From Candidatus Omnitrophota bacterium (lineage in GTDB: Bacteria; Hinthialibacterota; Hinthialibacteria; Hinthialibacterales; JAKPRU01): a stretch of 64,000 nt of DNA. Shown here one piece after another: positions 27,175-36,052 of this stretch. The stretch is from positions 52,936 through 116,935 of the forward strand of contig JAKQSI010000042.1 in assembly GCA_029570205.1 (NCBI GenBank), in the 5' to 3' direction. The translations under genes and the position numbers were made by a program. Each line of letters begins with the position of its first letter. Position 1 is the stretch's first letter. The notes under the pieces were generated by a model that did no database searches, had not been told where the DNA came from, and saw only the letters and a list, made by a program, of their open reading frames with translations.

Positions 27175-27214
27175 CCTCTCTCCATCCTTGGAAAGGAAGC
27201 CGGGGGGTGAGGTC
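27175..27214. repeat. Dispersed GC-rich repeat, family B
   Basis: cctctctccatccttggaaaggaagccggggggtgaggtc shares the core cttggaNaggNNgccggggggtgagg with 44971-45011 and 49157-49210. It lies just downstream of the hflX stop. Confidence 0.7.
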
Positions 27215-27221
27215 GTTTCGC

Positions 27222-28391
27222 TTATACACCTCCCGCCACAAGCCTCGCTATCTCCCATTGCCCTTGAGGCGAGTAAATCTCAAACAAACTTTCCAGCAGG
27301 TCGATCAACGGTTGAAGTGTCCTGTCCTGCGTAGCGGATAAAACCAGCGATGGCGACGGCTCCAGCCACTCCATGGCGGCATATACCGCCTGCTTGGATT
27401 TCACACAATCCCACTTGTTGAAAATCGTAACAGTCGGTTTCTTGTCTCCGCCCAGCTCCCGCATCAATCCGGCCACCGCCTCCATTTCCAAATCGATATG
27501 TGGGGAACTCGCGTCTACGACATGAAGAATCAGGTCCGCTTCTTCCACAACCTCAAGCGTGGCCCGGAATGCGGCCAGCAACGGCTCCGGCAGGTCGGTG
27601 ATGAACCCCACCGTATCCGAAAGAAGAAGCATTTTTCGTTCGCCGAGGTACAATTTGCGCGTCGTTGTGTCGAGTGTGGAAAACAGCTGGTCACGGGCCA
27701 CTACATCGGCGGAGGTCAGCCGGTTCAACAGGGTGGATTTCCCCGCATTTGTGTACCCGACGAGTACGGCCGTTGCCACGCCCCGACGGTGTCTGGCTCT
27801 CCGCTGGATTCGATTTGTGCGTTCAATGGCGCGGAGGTCTTTCGCAAGGTGTTCAATGCGCTTGTTGATCCGCCGCCGGTCAACCTCCAACTGCGTTTCG
27901 CCCGGTCCGCGTGTCCCGATCCCACCGCCCAGTCGGGACAAATCCCGACGGCCTCCAGTCAGGCGGGGCCGCAGATACCTCAGCTGCGCCAATTCTACCT
28001 GGATTTTACCGTCGCGAGTCTGGGCGTGCTGCGCGAAAATATCCAAAATCAACTCTGTCCGGTCGATCACGCGGATCCCCAGGCGATCCTCCAGGTTCCT
28101 CTGCTGGACCGGAGACAGGTCCCGGCTGAATACCACCAGGTCCAAGTCGTTCTCGCCGACCAGGGAACGCAGCTCATCCACCTTGCCCCGCCCGATGTAT
28201 GTGGCCGGATGAATATCGCGAATGTGCTGCCGTGTGAAACACTCAATCTCCGCCCCGGCAGTCTCGGCCAGTTTTGTCAGTTCAGCAATTTGCTGATCGG
28301 ACCGCTCCGGTGGGACATGAGGGGGGTACACGCCGACCAGCAGCGCGCGTTCTGTCCGTGCTGAGGATTGTGGCAATTCCGAAAGAGACAT
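27222..28391 (-). CDS. hflX: GTPase HflX
   Basis: It has G1 GYTNAGKSTLLN and DTVGF, plus the HflX N-terminal domain. I place the start at MSLSELP (28391), preceded by AGGAGG. The ORF is open to 28418. Confidence 0.92.
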   Translation of the reverse strand: MSLSELPQSSARTERALLVGVYPPHVPPERSDQQIAELTKLAETAGAEIECFTRQHIRDIHPATYIGRGKVDELRSLVGENDLDLVVFSRDLSPVQQRNLEDRLGIRVIDRTELILDIFAQHAQTRDGKIQVELAQLRYLRPRLTGGRRDLSRLGGGIGTRGPGETQLEVDRRRINKRIEHLAKDLRAIERTNRIQRRARHRRGVATAVLVGYTNAGKSTLLNRLTSADVVARDQLFSTLDTTTRKLYLGERKMLLLSDTVGFITDLPEPLLAAFRATLEVVEEADLILHVVDASSPHIDLEMEAVAGLMRELGGDKKPTVTIFNKWDCVKSKQAVYAAMEWLEPSPSLVLSATQDRTLQPLIDLLESLFEIYSPQGQWEIARLVAGGV

Positions 28392-28418
28392 ACACCTCCT
28401 GGCAATCGGCGCCTGCAA

Positions 28419-28454
28419 TACAAAAACGGGGATAGCCGCCCCGGACTATCCCCG
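28419..28454 (-). terminator. Rho-independent terminator between hfq and hflX
   Basis: On the minus strand the stem CGGGGATAG / CTATCCCCG (plus-strand coordinates 28446-28454 and 28427-28435) is followed by TTTTTG. Confidence 0.65.
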
Positions 28455-28482
28455 TCTGTGTTCTTACCTGGACAACGCGGAC

Positions 28483-28734
28483 TTATTCCCCCGGTCGTGG
28501 GGGCTTCGTCCCAACCTGATTCCAGCGAACTTTCTGTTTCGCACCGGGGCTTACCGTCGCTACGGCGTGCTTGTAAATCAAATACTGTTCGTCCCGCTCG
28601 TCGTTCTGAAGGATCAACGTAAAATTGTCGAACGCCGAGATCTTGCCATGCAGGTCCGAACCATCCAACAGATGGATGATCAAGTTCATCCGTTCTCGTC
28701 GTGCCTGGTTCAGGAAGCTATCTTGGATATTCAT
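28483..28734 (-). CDS. hfq: RNA chaperone Hfq
   Basis: It carries the Sm1/Sm2 motifs: IQDSFLNQARRERMNLIIHLLDGSDLHGKISAFDNFTLIL....EQYLIYKHAVATV. The start is ambiguous (28734, 28791 or 28809). I chose the Met immediately before IQDSFLN. Confidence 0.9.
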   Translation of the reverse strand: MNIQDSFLNQARRERMNLIIHLLDGSDLHGKISAFDNFTLILQNDERDEQYLIYKHAVATVSPGAKQKVRWNQVGTKPPRPGE

Positions 28735-28848
28735 CGTACCTTTTTGAACCACATCCCACCTCACTTGGTAGATTCCCGCACCCTCTGCCATGATAAAAAC
28801 AGACCACAATCAAGCAATCAAAAACATCTGATACTTTTTGTATCACAT

Positions 28849-29811
28849 TTAATCTTCAAAAGCAAGGAACTCCCGTATCTTTTTTTTCATATTCTCCAAG
28901 TCAATGTTTTCAAGCCACATAGCGTCAGTCTGATGCCGAAACCAGGTCATCTGGCGACGCGCAAACCGCTTTGTCGCTCTCGCCAGGTCGGTTTTGGCCT
29001 GATCCAGGGTAATTTCCCCCTGTAAATAGGGGAAAACTTCCTTGTATCCTATGGCCTGACGCACCGTGCGGCTGCCCCCGCCCATTCCGAGAAGCCATTG
29101 GGCCTCTTGCAAAAGACCATCCCGGATCATCCGCTCCACCCGTTCCTCAATTCTTTGGTCGATCACCGGCCACGGAGCCTGAATACCGAGCATCAATGTC
29201 CGTTCCAACCATGGTTTCGTTTCTTGCCCTTTTCGGAGGTCGCTGGGCTTCCGGCCGGTGGTTTCATAGACCTCCAAGGCCCGAATTGTGCGCCGGGCAT
29301 CCTGGGGCAGAATCCGCCTTGCCCATTCCGGATCGATGGCCTCCAGGCGTTCGCGGAGCGGAGCCGGACCCTCCGTTTGGTACTGTCGCTCCAGAGTCTC
29401 GCGAATCTCTTTCGGAGGCGCCGGCGCATCAAAAAAACCCGCCAGCAGGGCGCGAAAATACAGGCCTGTTCCGCCGCAAAGAATGGGCAGTCGTCCCCAC
29501 GCGAGAATGTCCCGCAATGCCGGCTCGCCCACGAAGGCAAACCGCGAGGCGTTGAACTCCTCCCACGGCTCCGCTAAGTCCAATAAATGATGGGGGATAC
29601 GCGCACGCAATTCCGGCCCGGGCTTGCCGGTCCCCACATCCAAACCCCGATAAACCTGCATGGAATCAATGTTCAGTATCTCCCCACCGAAACATTCCGC
29701 CAACTGCACCGCAATCTCGCTTTTGCCCAACGCAGTCGGCCCGGCAATCGCCACCAGCCGCACCCGATTTATGTCGACATCTCCCCCATCCATTCTGTCC
29801 GTTTTGTCCAC
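28849..29811 (-). CDS. miaA: tRNA dimethylallyltransferase
   Basis: It has the P-loop AIAGPTALGKSEIAVQLA, then DSMQVYRGLDVGTGKP and IPHHLLD. It also has the conserved miaA-hfq-hflX order. Confidence 0.93.
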   Translation of the reverse strand: MDKTDRMDGGDVDINRVRLVAIAGPTALGKSEIAVQLAECFGGEILNIDSMQVYRGLDVGTGKPGPELRARIPHHLLDLAEPWEEFNASRFAFVGEPALRDILAWGRLPILCGGTGLYFRALLAGFFDAPAPPKEIRETLERQYQTEGPAPLRERLEAIDPEWARRILPQDARRTIRALEVYETTGRKPSDLRKGQETKPWLERTLMLGIQAPWPVIDQRIEERVERMIRDGLLQEAQWLLGMGGGSRTVRQAIGYKEVFPYLQGEITLDQAKTDLARATKRFARRQMTWFRHQTDAMWLENIDLENMKKKIREFLAFED

Positions 29812-29842
29812 CCTGCCTACCCCCCTTCTATTCTCTTTTCTT

Positions 29843-31006
29843 TTAATTCCCCTTCACTCCCAAAACCGTAATAACCGGCAGATCCTCCGGCTCAAACCAG
29901 GCATGGGAACACCGGATCTCCACCACGTTCCGGCCCGCCCGCAAAATGCCCTGGGTTTCATAGTCCGAGGGGCTGCCCATATTGACCTCAATTGTTCCAC
30001 CGGGTGTGCCGTTCAGAAAGATGGACAGTTCCATCTTCTCTGTGTGAAGGCTGTCCGGTTGAAGAGTCAGCGCCGACCGCCGACCTTCCAGTTGTGTTCC
30101 CGCCACAAACTCCATCATACACCCGGCAGGCCAGGTGAATGACACCGACTCGATTCCCGCGGAAGCCACAAAAGCCTTGGCGGGGTTGAAAAGTATCCCG
30201 TCGGTGACCGGAGGCTGTGTCCCCGTTATGTCCGCCAGCGCCCAGGCCGCCACCGGATCCTCCTCGGCCTGCGGTTGCAGGGCCGCAATCGCTTTCGGTC
30301 GGTCTGCAAGACGAAGGTATGATCTGCCGAGAACCGTTCCGGTTGTACAGTGGATACTTCCGGCAATTTGCACAATGGTTTTGGCGGTCTCCTCGTCCGG
30401 CTCCCAGGGGTGAAATGTAAGCGCGGTACACCAGGCCGGGTAGGCTTCATCCCACCGTTCCAGTCTCGTAAGAATTTCTGCCCGGTTTTTACATGCCCGG
30501 ATTGCCGGTTGATTTGATACGCAGGCAATCACACCCGCATACCATTGCAGCGCAGATTCGGGATTCTGATCCCGATCCAGATCTCCCAGCAGAAACTGTC
30601 CCTCTCCCTGTCCAACCCCGGCATCCAGCTCCACCGCTTGTTTAAATTGCTCTCTGGCTCTCTCAAGGTCCCCCGACTCGTTCCGCTTTAAAAAAAGGAG
30701 TCCCATCTTGTGATGTACTGTTGCCACTGCCGCCCGATGCCGGGCGGAATTCGTCTTCTCCATCTGTTCCCGGTAAAACGTAAGGGCATCGTGATAGGCT
30801 CCCAAAGCGTCCTCGTATCGCCCCTGCTGTTCCAGGTCGCTGCCTCGGACCATCCCCAGGCTGGGTTGATTCCTTTCTGTTGCGAGAAACCAGTCGGGAT
30901 GATCGGCCAAATAAAGAAAAATCGGGAACAGCACAACCAGAAGAATCCCCCAGGCAATCAGCGCATGACGGTTTGATGGGCCGGGAAGGGGATTGGATGG
31001 GTTCAT
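29843..31006 (-). CDS. Membrane-anchored TPR protein with a C-terminal beta-rich domain
   Basis: 387 aa with one N-terminal TM (ALIAWGILLVVLFPIFLYLA) and TPR-like helices (GRYEDALGAYHDALTFY, LERAREQFKQAVELD). Its start overlaps the stop of the upstream C25-like gene by 4 nt. Confidence 0.75.
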   Translation of the reverse strand: MNPSNPLPGPSNRHALIAWGILLVVLFPIFLYLADHPDWFLATERNQPSLGMVRGSDLEQQGRYEDALGAYHDALTFYREQMEKTNSARHRAAVATVHHKMGLLFLKRNESGDLERAREQFKQAVELDAGVGQGEGQFLLGDLDRDQNPESALQWYAGVIACVSNQPAIRACKNRAEILTRLERWDEAYPAWCTALTFHPWEPDEETAKTIVQIAGSIHCTTGTVLGRSYLRLADRPKAIAALQPQAEEDPVAAWALADITGTQPPVTDGILFNPAKAFVASAGIESVSFTWPAGCMMEFVAGTQLEGRRSALTLQPDSLHTEKMELSIFLNGTPGGTIEVNMGSPSDYETQGILRAGRNVVEIRCSHAWFEPEDLPVITVLGVKGN

Positions 31007-34000
31007 TGATTTGCCTTGAGCGGTATGCGGGCGCGGTTGTTCTTGAACGTCTCTTCGTCGATGACCTCGTCGGGATCGGCGGCCACTTCAAACCAGGCGG
31101 CACGGTCCGTCACTCGAACCCGGTGCGCCGACCTCTGTCCCCCCGCCGGAATGGACCAGATGTCCAAAGTAATCGACTGCTTCGGTGATCCGTCATCAAA
31201 TCCCACGGTAATCTGAATCACCGCATCCTTCGCATCTGTGTCCCCGATATTATGAACAGTAAAATCGATGATATACTGCCCCCGCTCCGCGTCGTGCCGG
31301 ACCTGGATATCCTTTTCCTCCACCGCCAGATCGACTTTCTTCACCACATTGATTTCCAGCCGGGCGGAGTTATCCTCTTCGTGCGATTCCACTACACTGC
31401 CGAACGGATCGCACTGGAATATCAGGACGTTCTTCCCCGAATTATCAACGGGATCCCAGCGAAGTGTCACCACACGGCTTGCCCCGGGAACCAGCGCCGG
31501 AACAACCGCCGCACTTTGACCGACCAGATTCCGAACCTCCCCGGCAAGTCCTGCAACCCCTTCCAGGCTCGCGTTGAGAATAGTCTCCCGCGAGCTCGCA
31601 TCCCCGTTATTCAACACCGGTATATCGAAATACACCGTCATTCCATTCTCGGGACGCGGCGGCCGATAAACAATTTCGTTTTCCAGAATCGTTAGATTCG
31701 GTGTCCCTGATCCGACTCGCGGCGTAACAGGCTTCGGCATAACCATCACCGTTCCACCGTGGATTATCCCTTCTGCCAAAAATGCAGTCGCCCCGAATGA
31801 AAAATGACGTTCCTCGTTCCAGTATGGGCCGCACAATTGCCCCAGAGATAGTGTTCCTTCTGCCGGCCAGTCTTTTGGAGTAACAGTGTTTTCCCACAAA
31901 GGCCGAAACACGCTGTCCCGAAGCCACAGATTCGCCGTGGCATCCGGGACCGGCGGCTCAACCCGGTATTTGAGGAACCCGCCGGAATCCACAGTTGCAT
32001 CCAATGAAACATCCTTCGGCCACTTTTGGGGAATAGGCAGTTCGAACAACGGATCTCCCAGAATGCAGAATTGCTTTTGCGGCTCGAATGAGGGCCTTTC
32101 GGCCAGCGCAATCAGGCACGAGGCGACATAAGCCTTGCAAAGGTTCCTTATCCCGCGATGGAACACCGCATCGTGCATCCCCCGCGCCAGAGTCGAATGG
32201 TCCACCGGATATCCTCTGCCGGTCGCCGCCAGAACGCTGATCGCCCCGCCTGTCGGTCGGGTCAGCAGGTCTTCCGCAATGGAGATATTCCATTTCTCCT
32301 GTGCATAATCGAATGTCCCGGTCTGGCACGTAAAACCCCAGAACACTGTAAGCATATTCTTGTTCGTCAGACGCTTCGCCTCGCTGAATCTCGACCCGCC
32401 CGCGAAAAATACACGCTCCTGTGTCATCACATTCGGCGCGCCATGCCCAAAAAACTCCCACAGGACCGCGCCCCGGTTTAATGCCTCAATCACTGCGTTG
32501 GTCGCTTCGGGGCTGGTTTTGCACTTCAATTCTCTCCGCACGTCTTCCGGCAGGTAATAATTGTCCCGGAACGGGTAGTCGGCCACGCGAATTTCCGTCA
32601 CCTCATACCCCGGCGGAAGCCAGGTCAAAGACACTTCGTCCATTCGATCTTCAAAGTCGTTATCGGTCAGAAGCAGTACACGGTTCATCCATTCCTGTGA
32701 GGCGGTTCGAGGATAATGGACGTTCCGGTCGATCATGACCTCCAGGTCTGTCGCCGAGCGGATCGGGTATCGCGCAACAAGCATCTCCGGCAGCGTATCG
32801 TCCGGTGTCAGGCAACCAAACCAGTTCTCGTCCGGGTAATCTTCCTCTCCGCGATAGGCCGGAAGGAAATTCGCAATCCCATTCTTGTATCGTCCCCAAT
32901 GGTCCCAGGTTGCATCCCCGACCAGGAGAACGTAGCCGGGCCGATGATCGGGAGTCCGACGGTAAACCCAAGTGAGGTATTTCTTGATATTGTGCGGCGA
33001 CATGCGCCCGTCGCCAAAAATAGCCTCGATCTCCTCAAGCGTTGCAATGTGCGGTTCGAATCCCCTTGCCCGATAATCCGCGCAAAGTGGGAGCAGATTC
33101 CGACTGAACCTCCGGGGCGTCACAATGATGACATCCACAGGTCCCTTCGGAACCAGCGGATGGTTCTCCGGCAACACGGCGGGCATGAATTCGCAGGTCT
33201 TTACCGGGGATACACGGGCCGGATCGAAGATGACCAATTCCTCGTTCGCCGATGCGTCTGTGACTATGGCCGCGCCGGGTTTCAGATATCGGCTGCTCCG
33301 CACGATTCCGTTCTCCGGTATGTGCCACAACATCGCATCCGATAATGCTTTGGACTGGATTCGGTATCGGCCCTGTTCCGGCTGGAACCGAACCGGGTCT
33401 CCCGCATAAAAAGCCTGACGCTCGAATTTGAATTCGATTCGATCCAGGTAAATGGCATATTCCTTCTCATCGGGCGGCGCAGTTCGAATTTCGAGCAGAT
33501 TGGTTCCCGCCAAAAGGGAAGCCGATGCAATTCGCGCTGCCGCCGTAAGAAACGGCGCGGTTCCCTGTTCGATAATTGTCTCCAGCGAGGCCCCGTTTAT
33601 CAGGAACGAAAACCCCCCGTCGGAGTTCTTGTAGAAATGCCGTTTCTGTAACAGTCGCGCCGAAACAGTCACATCGGAGACCAATCCCGCAAAGTCGGGG
33701 CACGCCATCGCGGCCGATTCATCGGGAAGTTTTTTCCAGATCCAATAATCCGCTTGGGCCTCATTCTGCTTGCCTTCGGGGAAATGGTCCAGATCCTCCT
33801 CCAGACGGCAAATCGTTCGAATGCTGTCCAACGGTGGAGAGCTGGAGCGTATCTCCGGCTCTCCATGAATCGTCTCGCCCTGCAATCCACACAGCCAATA
33901 GACCGACTCGCGCGAATAAGGCGATGTGGATTTCTTGGCCCAAAACAGGATTTCATCCCCTTGATCCAAAGTTCCCTCATACTTCGGTTCCCCCGCCTTG

Positions 34001-34746
34001 CTCCATATCATGCACGGGATCAATCTCCCTTCACTGAAAAGAGCGATATCCGTTGACTTTGTGCCGGGAGAGAGAAGGCTGGTCCAAAGATCGCTTCCCA
34101 CACGAGCCGGTCCCTCTTCTACAAAACTCAAGCGAATCGAGGGCACACGCCGGTATTCGGGAACCGGCATCTCCGTTTCACTCTCGCCAGGTAATGCAAA
34201 CCGCATGTCCGGATTCAACAGGCAGGTTTGCAGGATTTGCTCCATCGGGTCTTCCTGTTTCGGAGAGATTGTCTCGCCGGGTTCCCAGGAAACCCGCACC
34301 GTGCCGGTCACATATCGGATTCTCTCCTGAGCCGTCGCGCTGTATCCATACACAGGGACATTCAGAGAGGCTACCCGACAATCTCCCATCAGTCCCATCG
34401 TTCGAATCGAAACCTTCGGCGCGGAAATAACGCTTGTTGTCGCTTCCACACCGTATGCGACAACCTCCGGCTCTCCGACAGCTCCATGCGGCACAGAAAT
34501 CAAAACCCGCTCCGACTGCTCCATGGAGCTCGGTGGAAACTCCCAGGACAACGCCATTCCTTCCGAGGTCGCTTCCGCAATTCGGATGTTCTCTGAAAGC
34601 AATGCGGGCAGGGAACCGGCTCCCGAAGTATGTAAAAACAAAAGAAAAATCGCAACTGTCAAAACCGCTCGAATTACAACCATTATTATCCTGATACCCC
34701 GTAGCGGACTTTCCTTTCTGTCCACCCCGCCCACCCGAATTCTCAA
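31003..34746 (-). CDS. Peptidase C25 (gingipain)-like protein with C-terminal CARDB-type beta-sandwich domains
   Basis: The C25 core is VDVIIVTP..F...L.PL...R...GF...I..LEEI, then YVLLVGDATWD. The catalytic-type His (FFGHGAP) and Cys (FWGFTCQTGTFD) are present. Two CARDB-like units follow (VLNNGDASS, VHNIGDTDAKDA). The likely true start is Met-22 at 34683 (signal peptide MVVIRAVLTVAIFLLFL, AGGA upstream). Confidence 0.85.
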   Translation of the reverse strand: MRIRVGGVDRKESPLRGIRIIMVVIRAVLTVAIFLLFLHTSGAGSLPALLSENIRIAEATSEGMALSWEFPPSSMEQSERVLISVPHGAVGEPEVVAYGVEATTSVISAPKVSIRTMGLMGDCRVASLNVPVYGYSATAQERIRYVTGTVRVSWEPGETISPKQEDPMEQILQTCLLNPDMRFALPGESETEMPVPEYRRVPSIRLSFVEEGPARVGSDLWTSLLSPGTKSTDIALFSEGRLIPCMIWSKAGEPKYEGTLDQGDEILFWAKKSTSPYSRESVYWLCGLQGETIHGEPEIRSSSPPLDSIRTICRLEEDLDHFPEGKQNEAQADYWIWKKLPDESAAMACPDFAGLVSDVTVSARLLQKRHFYKNSDGGFSFLINGASLETIIEQGTAPFLTAAARIASASLLAGTNLLEIRTAPPDEKEYAIYLDRIEFKFERQAFYAGDPVRFQPEQGRYRIQSKALSDAMLWHIPENGIVRSSRYLKPGAAIVTDASANEELVIFDPARVSPVKTCEFMPAVLPENHPLVPKGPVDVIIVTPRRFSRNLLPLCADYRARGFEPHIATLEEIEAIFGDGRMSPHNIKKYLTWVYRRTPDHRPGYVLLVGDATWDHWGRYKNGIANFLPAYRGEEDYPDENWFGCLTPDDTLPEMLVARYPIRSATDLEVMIDRNVHYPRTASQEWMNRVLLLTDNDFEDRMDEVSLTWLPPGYEVTEIRVADYPFRDNYYLPEDVRRELKCKTSPEATNAVIEALNRGAVLWEFFGHGAPNVMTQERVFFAGGSRFSEAKRLTNKNMLTVFWGFTCQTGTFDYAQEKWNISIAEDLLTRPTGGAISVLAATGRGYPVDHSTLARGMHDAVFHRGIRNLCKAYVASCLIALAERPSFEPQKQFCILGDPLFELPIPQKWPKDVSLDATVDSGGFLKYRVEPPVPDATANLWLRDSVFRPLWENTVTPKDWPAEGTLSLGQLCGPYWNEERHFSFGATAFLAEGIIHGGTVMVMPKPVTPRVGSGTPNLTILENEIVYRPPRPENGMTVYFDIPVLNNGDASSRETILNASLEGVAGLAGEVRNLVGQSAAVVPALVPGASRVVTLRWDPVDNSGKNVLIFQCDPFGSVVESHEEDNSARLEINVVKKVDLAVEEKDIQVRHDAERGQYIIDFTVHNIGDTDAKDAVIQITVGFDDGSPKQSITLDIWSIPAGGQRSAHRVRVTDRAAWFEVAADPDEVIDEETFKNNRARIPLKANQ

Positions 34747-34848
34747 ACCGTATCATCCGAGAGGATCCTGTCAAGCGCCAAGGGTTCACTTTGCGCGCCG
34801 TCAAGTCTATCTTAATTGTATCTCAACGGGGAAGGAAATCAGGTTTGT

Positions 34849-36012
34849 ATGAAAATCCATGAATACCAGGGCAAGGAAGTCCTGAAACGATATGGCGTGC
34901 CGGTTCCCCGTGGGCAGGTCGCAAAAACCGCCGGGGAGGCCGAAAGGATTGCACGGGAGTTGGGCACAAAGGTTACGGTAATCAAAGCCCAAATCCATGC
35001 CGGAGGTCGCGGCAAAGCCGGCGGCGTGAGACTCGCCAAAAGTCCGGAGGAAGCGCGACAAATCGCCGAACACATGCTCGGTAGGACCCTCGTAACCCAG
35101 CAGACCGGCCCGGAAGGTAAGAAAGTCCTTCAGCTCCTTGTTGAGGAGGGTCTTGAAATTGAACGCGAACTTTATTTGGGCATGGTAATCGACCGGGCTA
35201 CAGCACGGGTCGTTGTGATGGCCTCTGCGCAGGGCGGAATGGAAATCGAGGAGGTAGCCGCGCGGGACCCGGATGCGATCTTGAAAGTCTACGTCGACCC
35301 CGCCGTGGGATTGATGCCGTTCCAGGCCAATCAAATCGCCTTCGGTCTCGGTCTCGACGGACCGACGGTGAAATCGTGCGCAAAATTCGTCCGCAACCTG
35401 TATACGGCCTTTGTTGCCTGCGATGCCTCGCTCGCGGAGATCAATCCGCTTGTGATCACAGAAAACGGCGAGGTTCTGGCGCTGGATGCAAAAATCAACC
35501 TGGACGATAACGCTCTGTATCGCCACCCGGAATATGCCGACCTGAGAGACCTGAACGAAGAGGATCCGCTTGAAACCGAGGCGGCCAAAAACGGCCTGAG
35601 CTACATTAAACTGGACGGTGAAGTCGGTTGCATGGTCAATGGCGCGGGCCTCGCCATGGCGACCATGGACCTCATCCAACTGGCCGGGTCCATGCCCGCC
35701 AATTTCCTGGATGTTGGTGGAACGGCCGGCGCCGACCGTGTTGCCGCGGCGTTTCGGATTCTCATGTCGGACCGCCACGTTCGTGCTGTCCTGGTCAACA
35801 TATTCGGCGGCATCGTCCGCTGTGACCGTGTGGCAAACGGCATCATCGAGGCCATGAAAACCGTCCAGGTCAACGTCCCTGTTGTCGTTCGTCTTCAGGG
35901 AACCAATGCCGCGGAAGCCCGACAGGTTCTCCAAACAGCCGATTTTCCGTTCCAGGTCGCCGATGAACTGGCCGAAGCCGCTCAGAAAGTCGTCGCCGCG
36001 CTGAGAAAGTAA
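34849..36012 (+). CDS. sucC: Succinate--CoA ligase (ADP-forming) beta subunit
   Basis: It begins MKIHEYQGKEVLKRYGVPVP (ATP-grasp N-terminus), shows full-length similarity to the SucC pattern, and has an RBS GGGGAAGGA upstream. No sucD follows. Confidence 0.92.
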   Translation: MKIHEYQGKEVLKRYGVPVPRGQVAKTAGEAERIARELGTKVTVIKAQIHAGGRGKAGGVRLAKSPEEARQIAEHMLGRTLVTQQTGPEGKKVLQLLVEEGLEIERELYLGMVIDRATARVVVMASAQGGMEIEEVAARDPDAILKVYVDPAVGLMPFQANQIAFGLGLDGPTVKSCAKFVRNLYTAFVACDASLAEINPLVITENGEVLALDAKINLDDNALYRHPEYADLRDLNEEDPLETEAAKNGLSYIKLDGEVGCMVNGAGLAMATMDLIQLAGSMPANFLDVGGTAGADRVAAAFRILMSDRHVRAVLVNIFGGIVRCDRVANGIIEAMKTVQVNVPVVVRLQGTNAAEARQVLQTADFPFQVADELAEAAQKVVAALRK

Positions 36013-36052
36013 TTTCTCTACCATCTCGTAACCGTCGCACAGGGAGAGTCGA

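Noticed and set aside
28735-28809. N-terminal extension of Hfq (108-aa ORF)
   Set aside because: The conserved Hfq sequence begins right after the Met at 28734. The upstream Met codons lack a ribosome-binding site, and the extra residues match nothing I recognise. The start remains uncertain rather than interesting.
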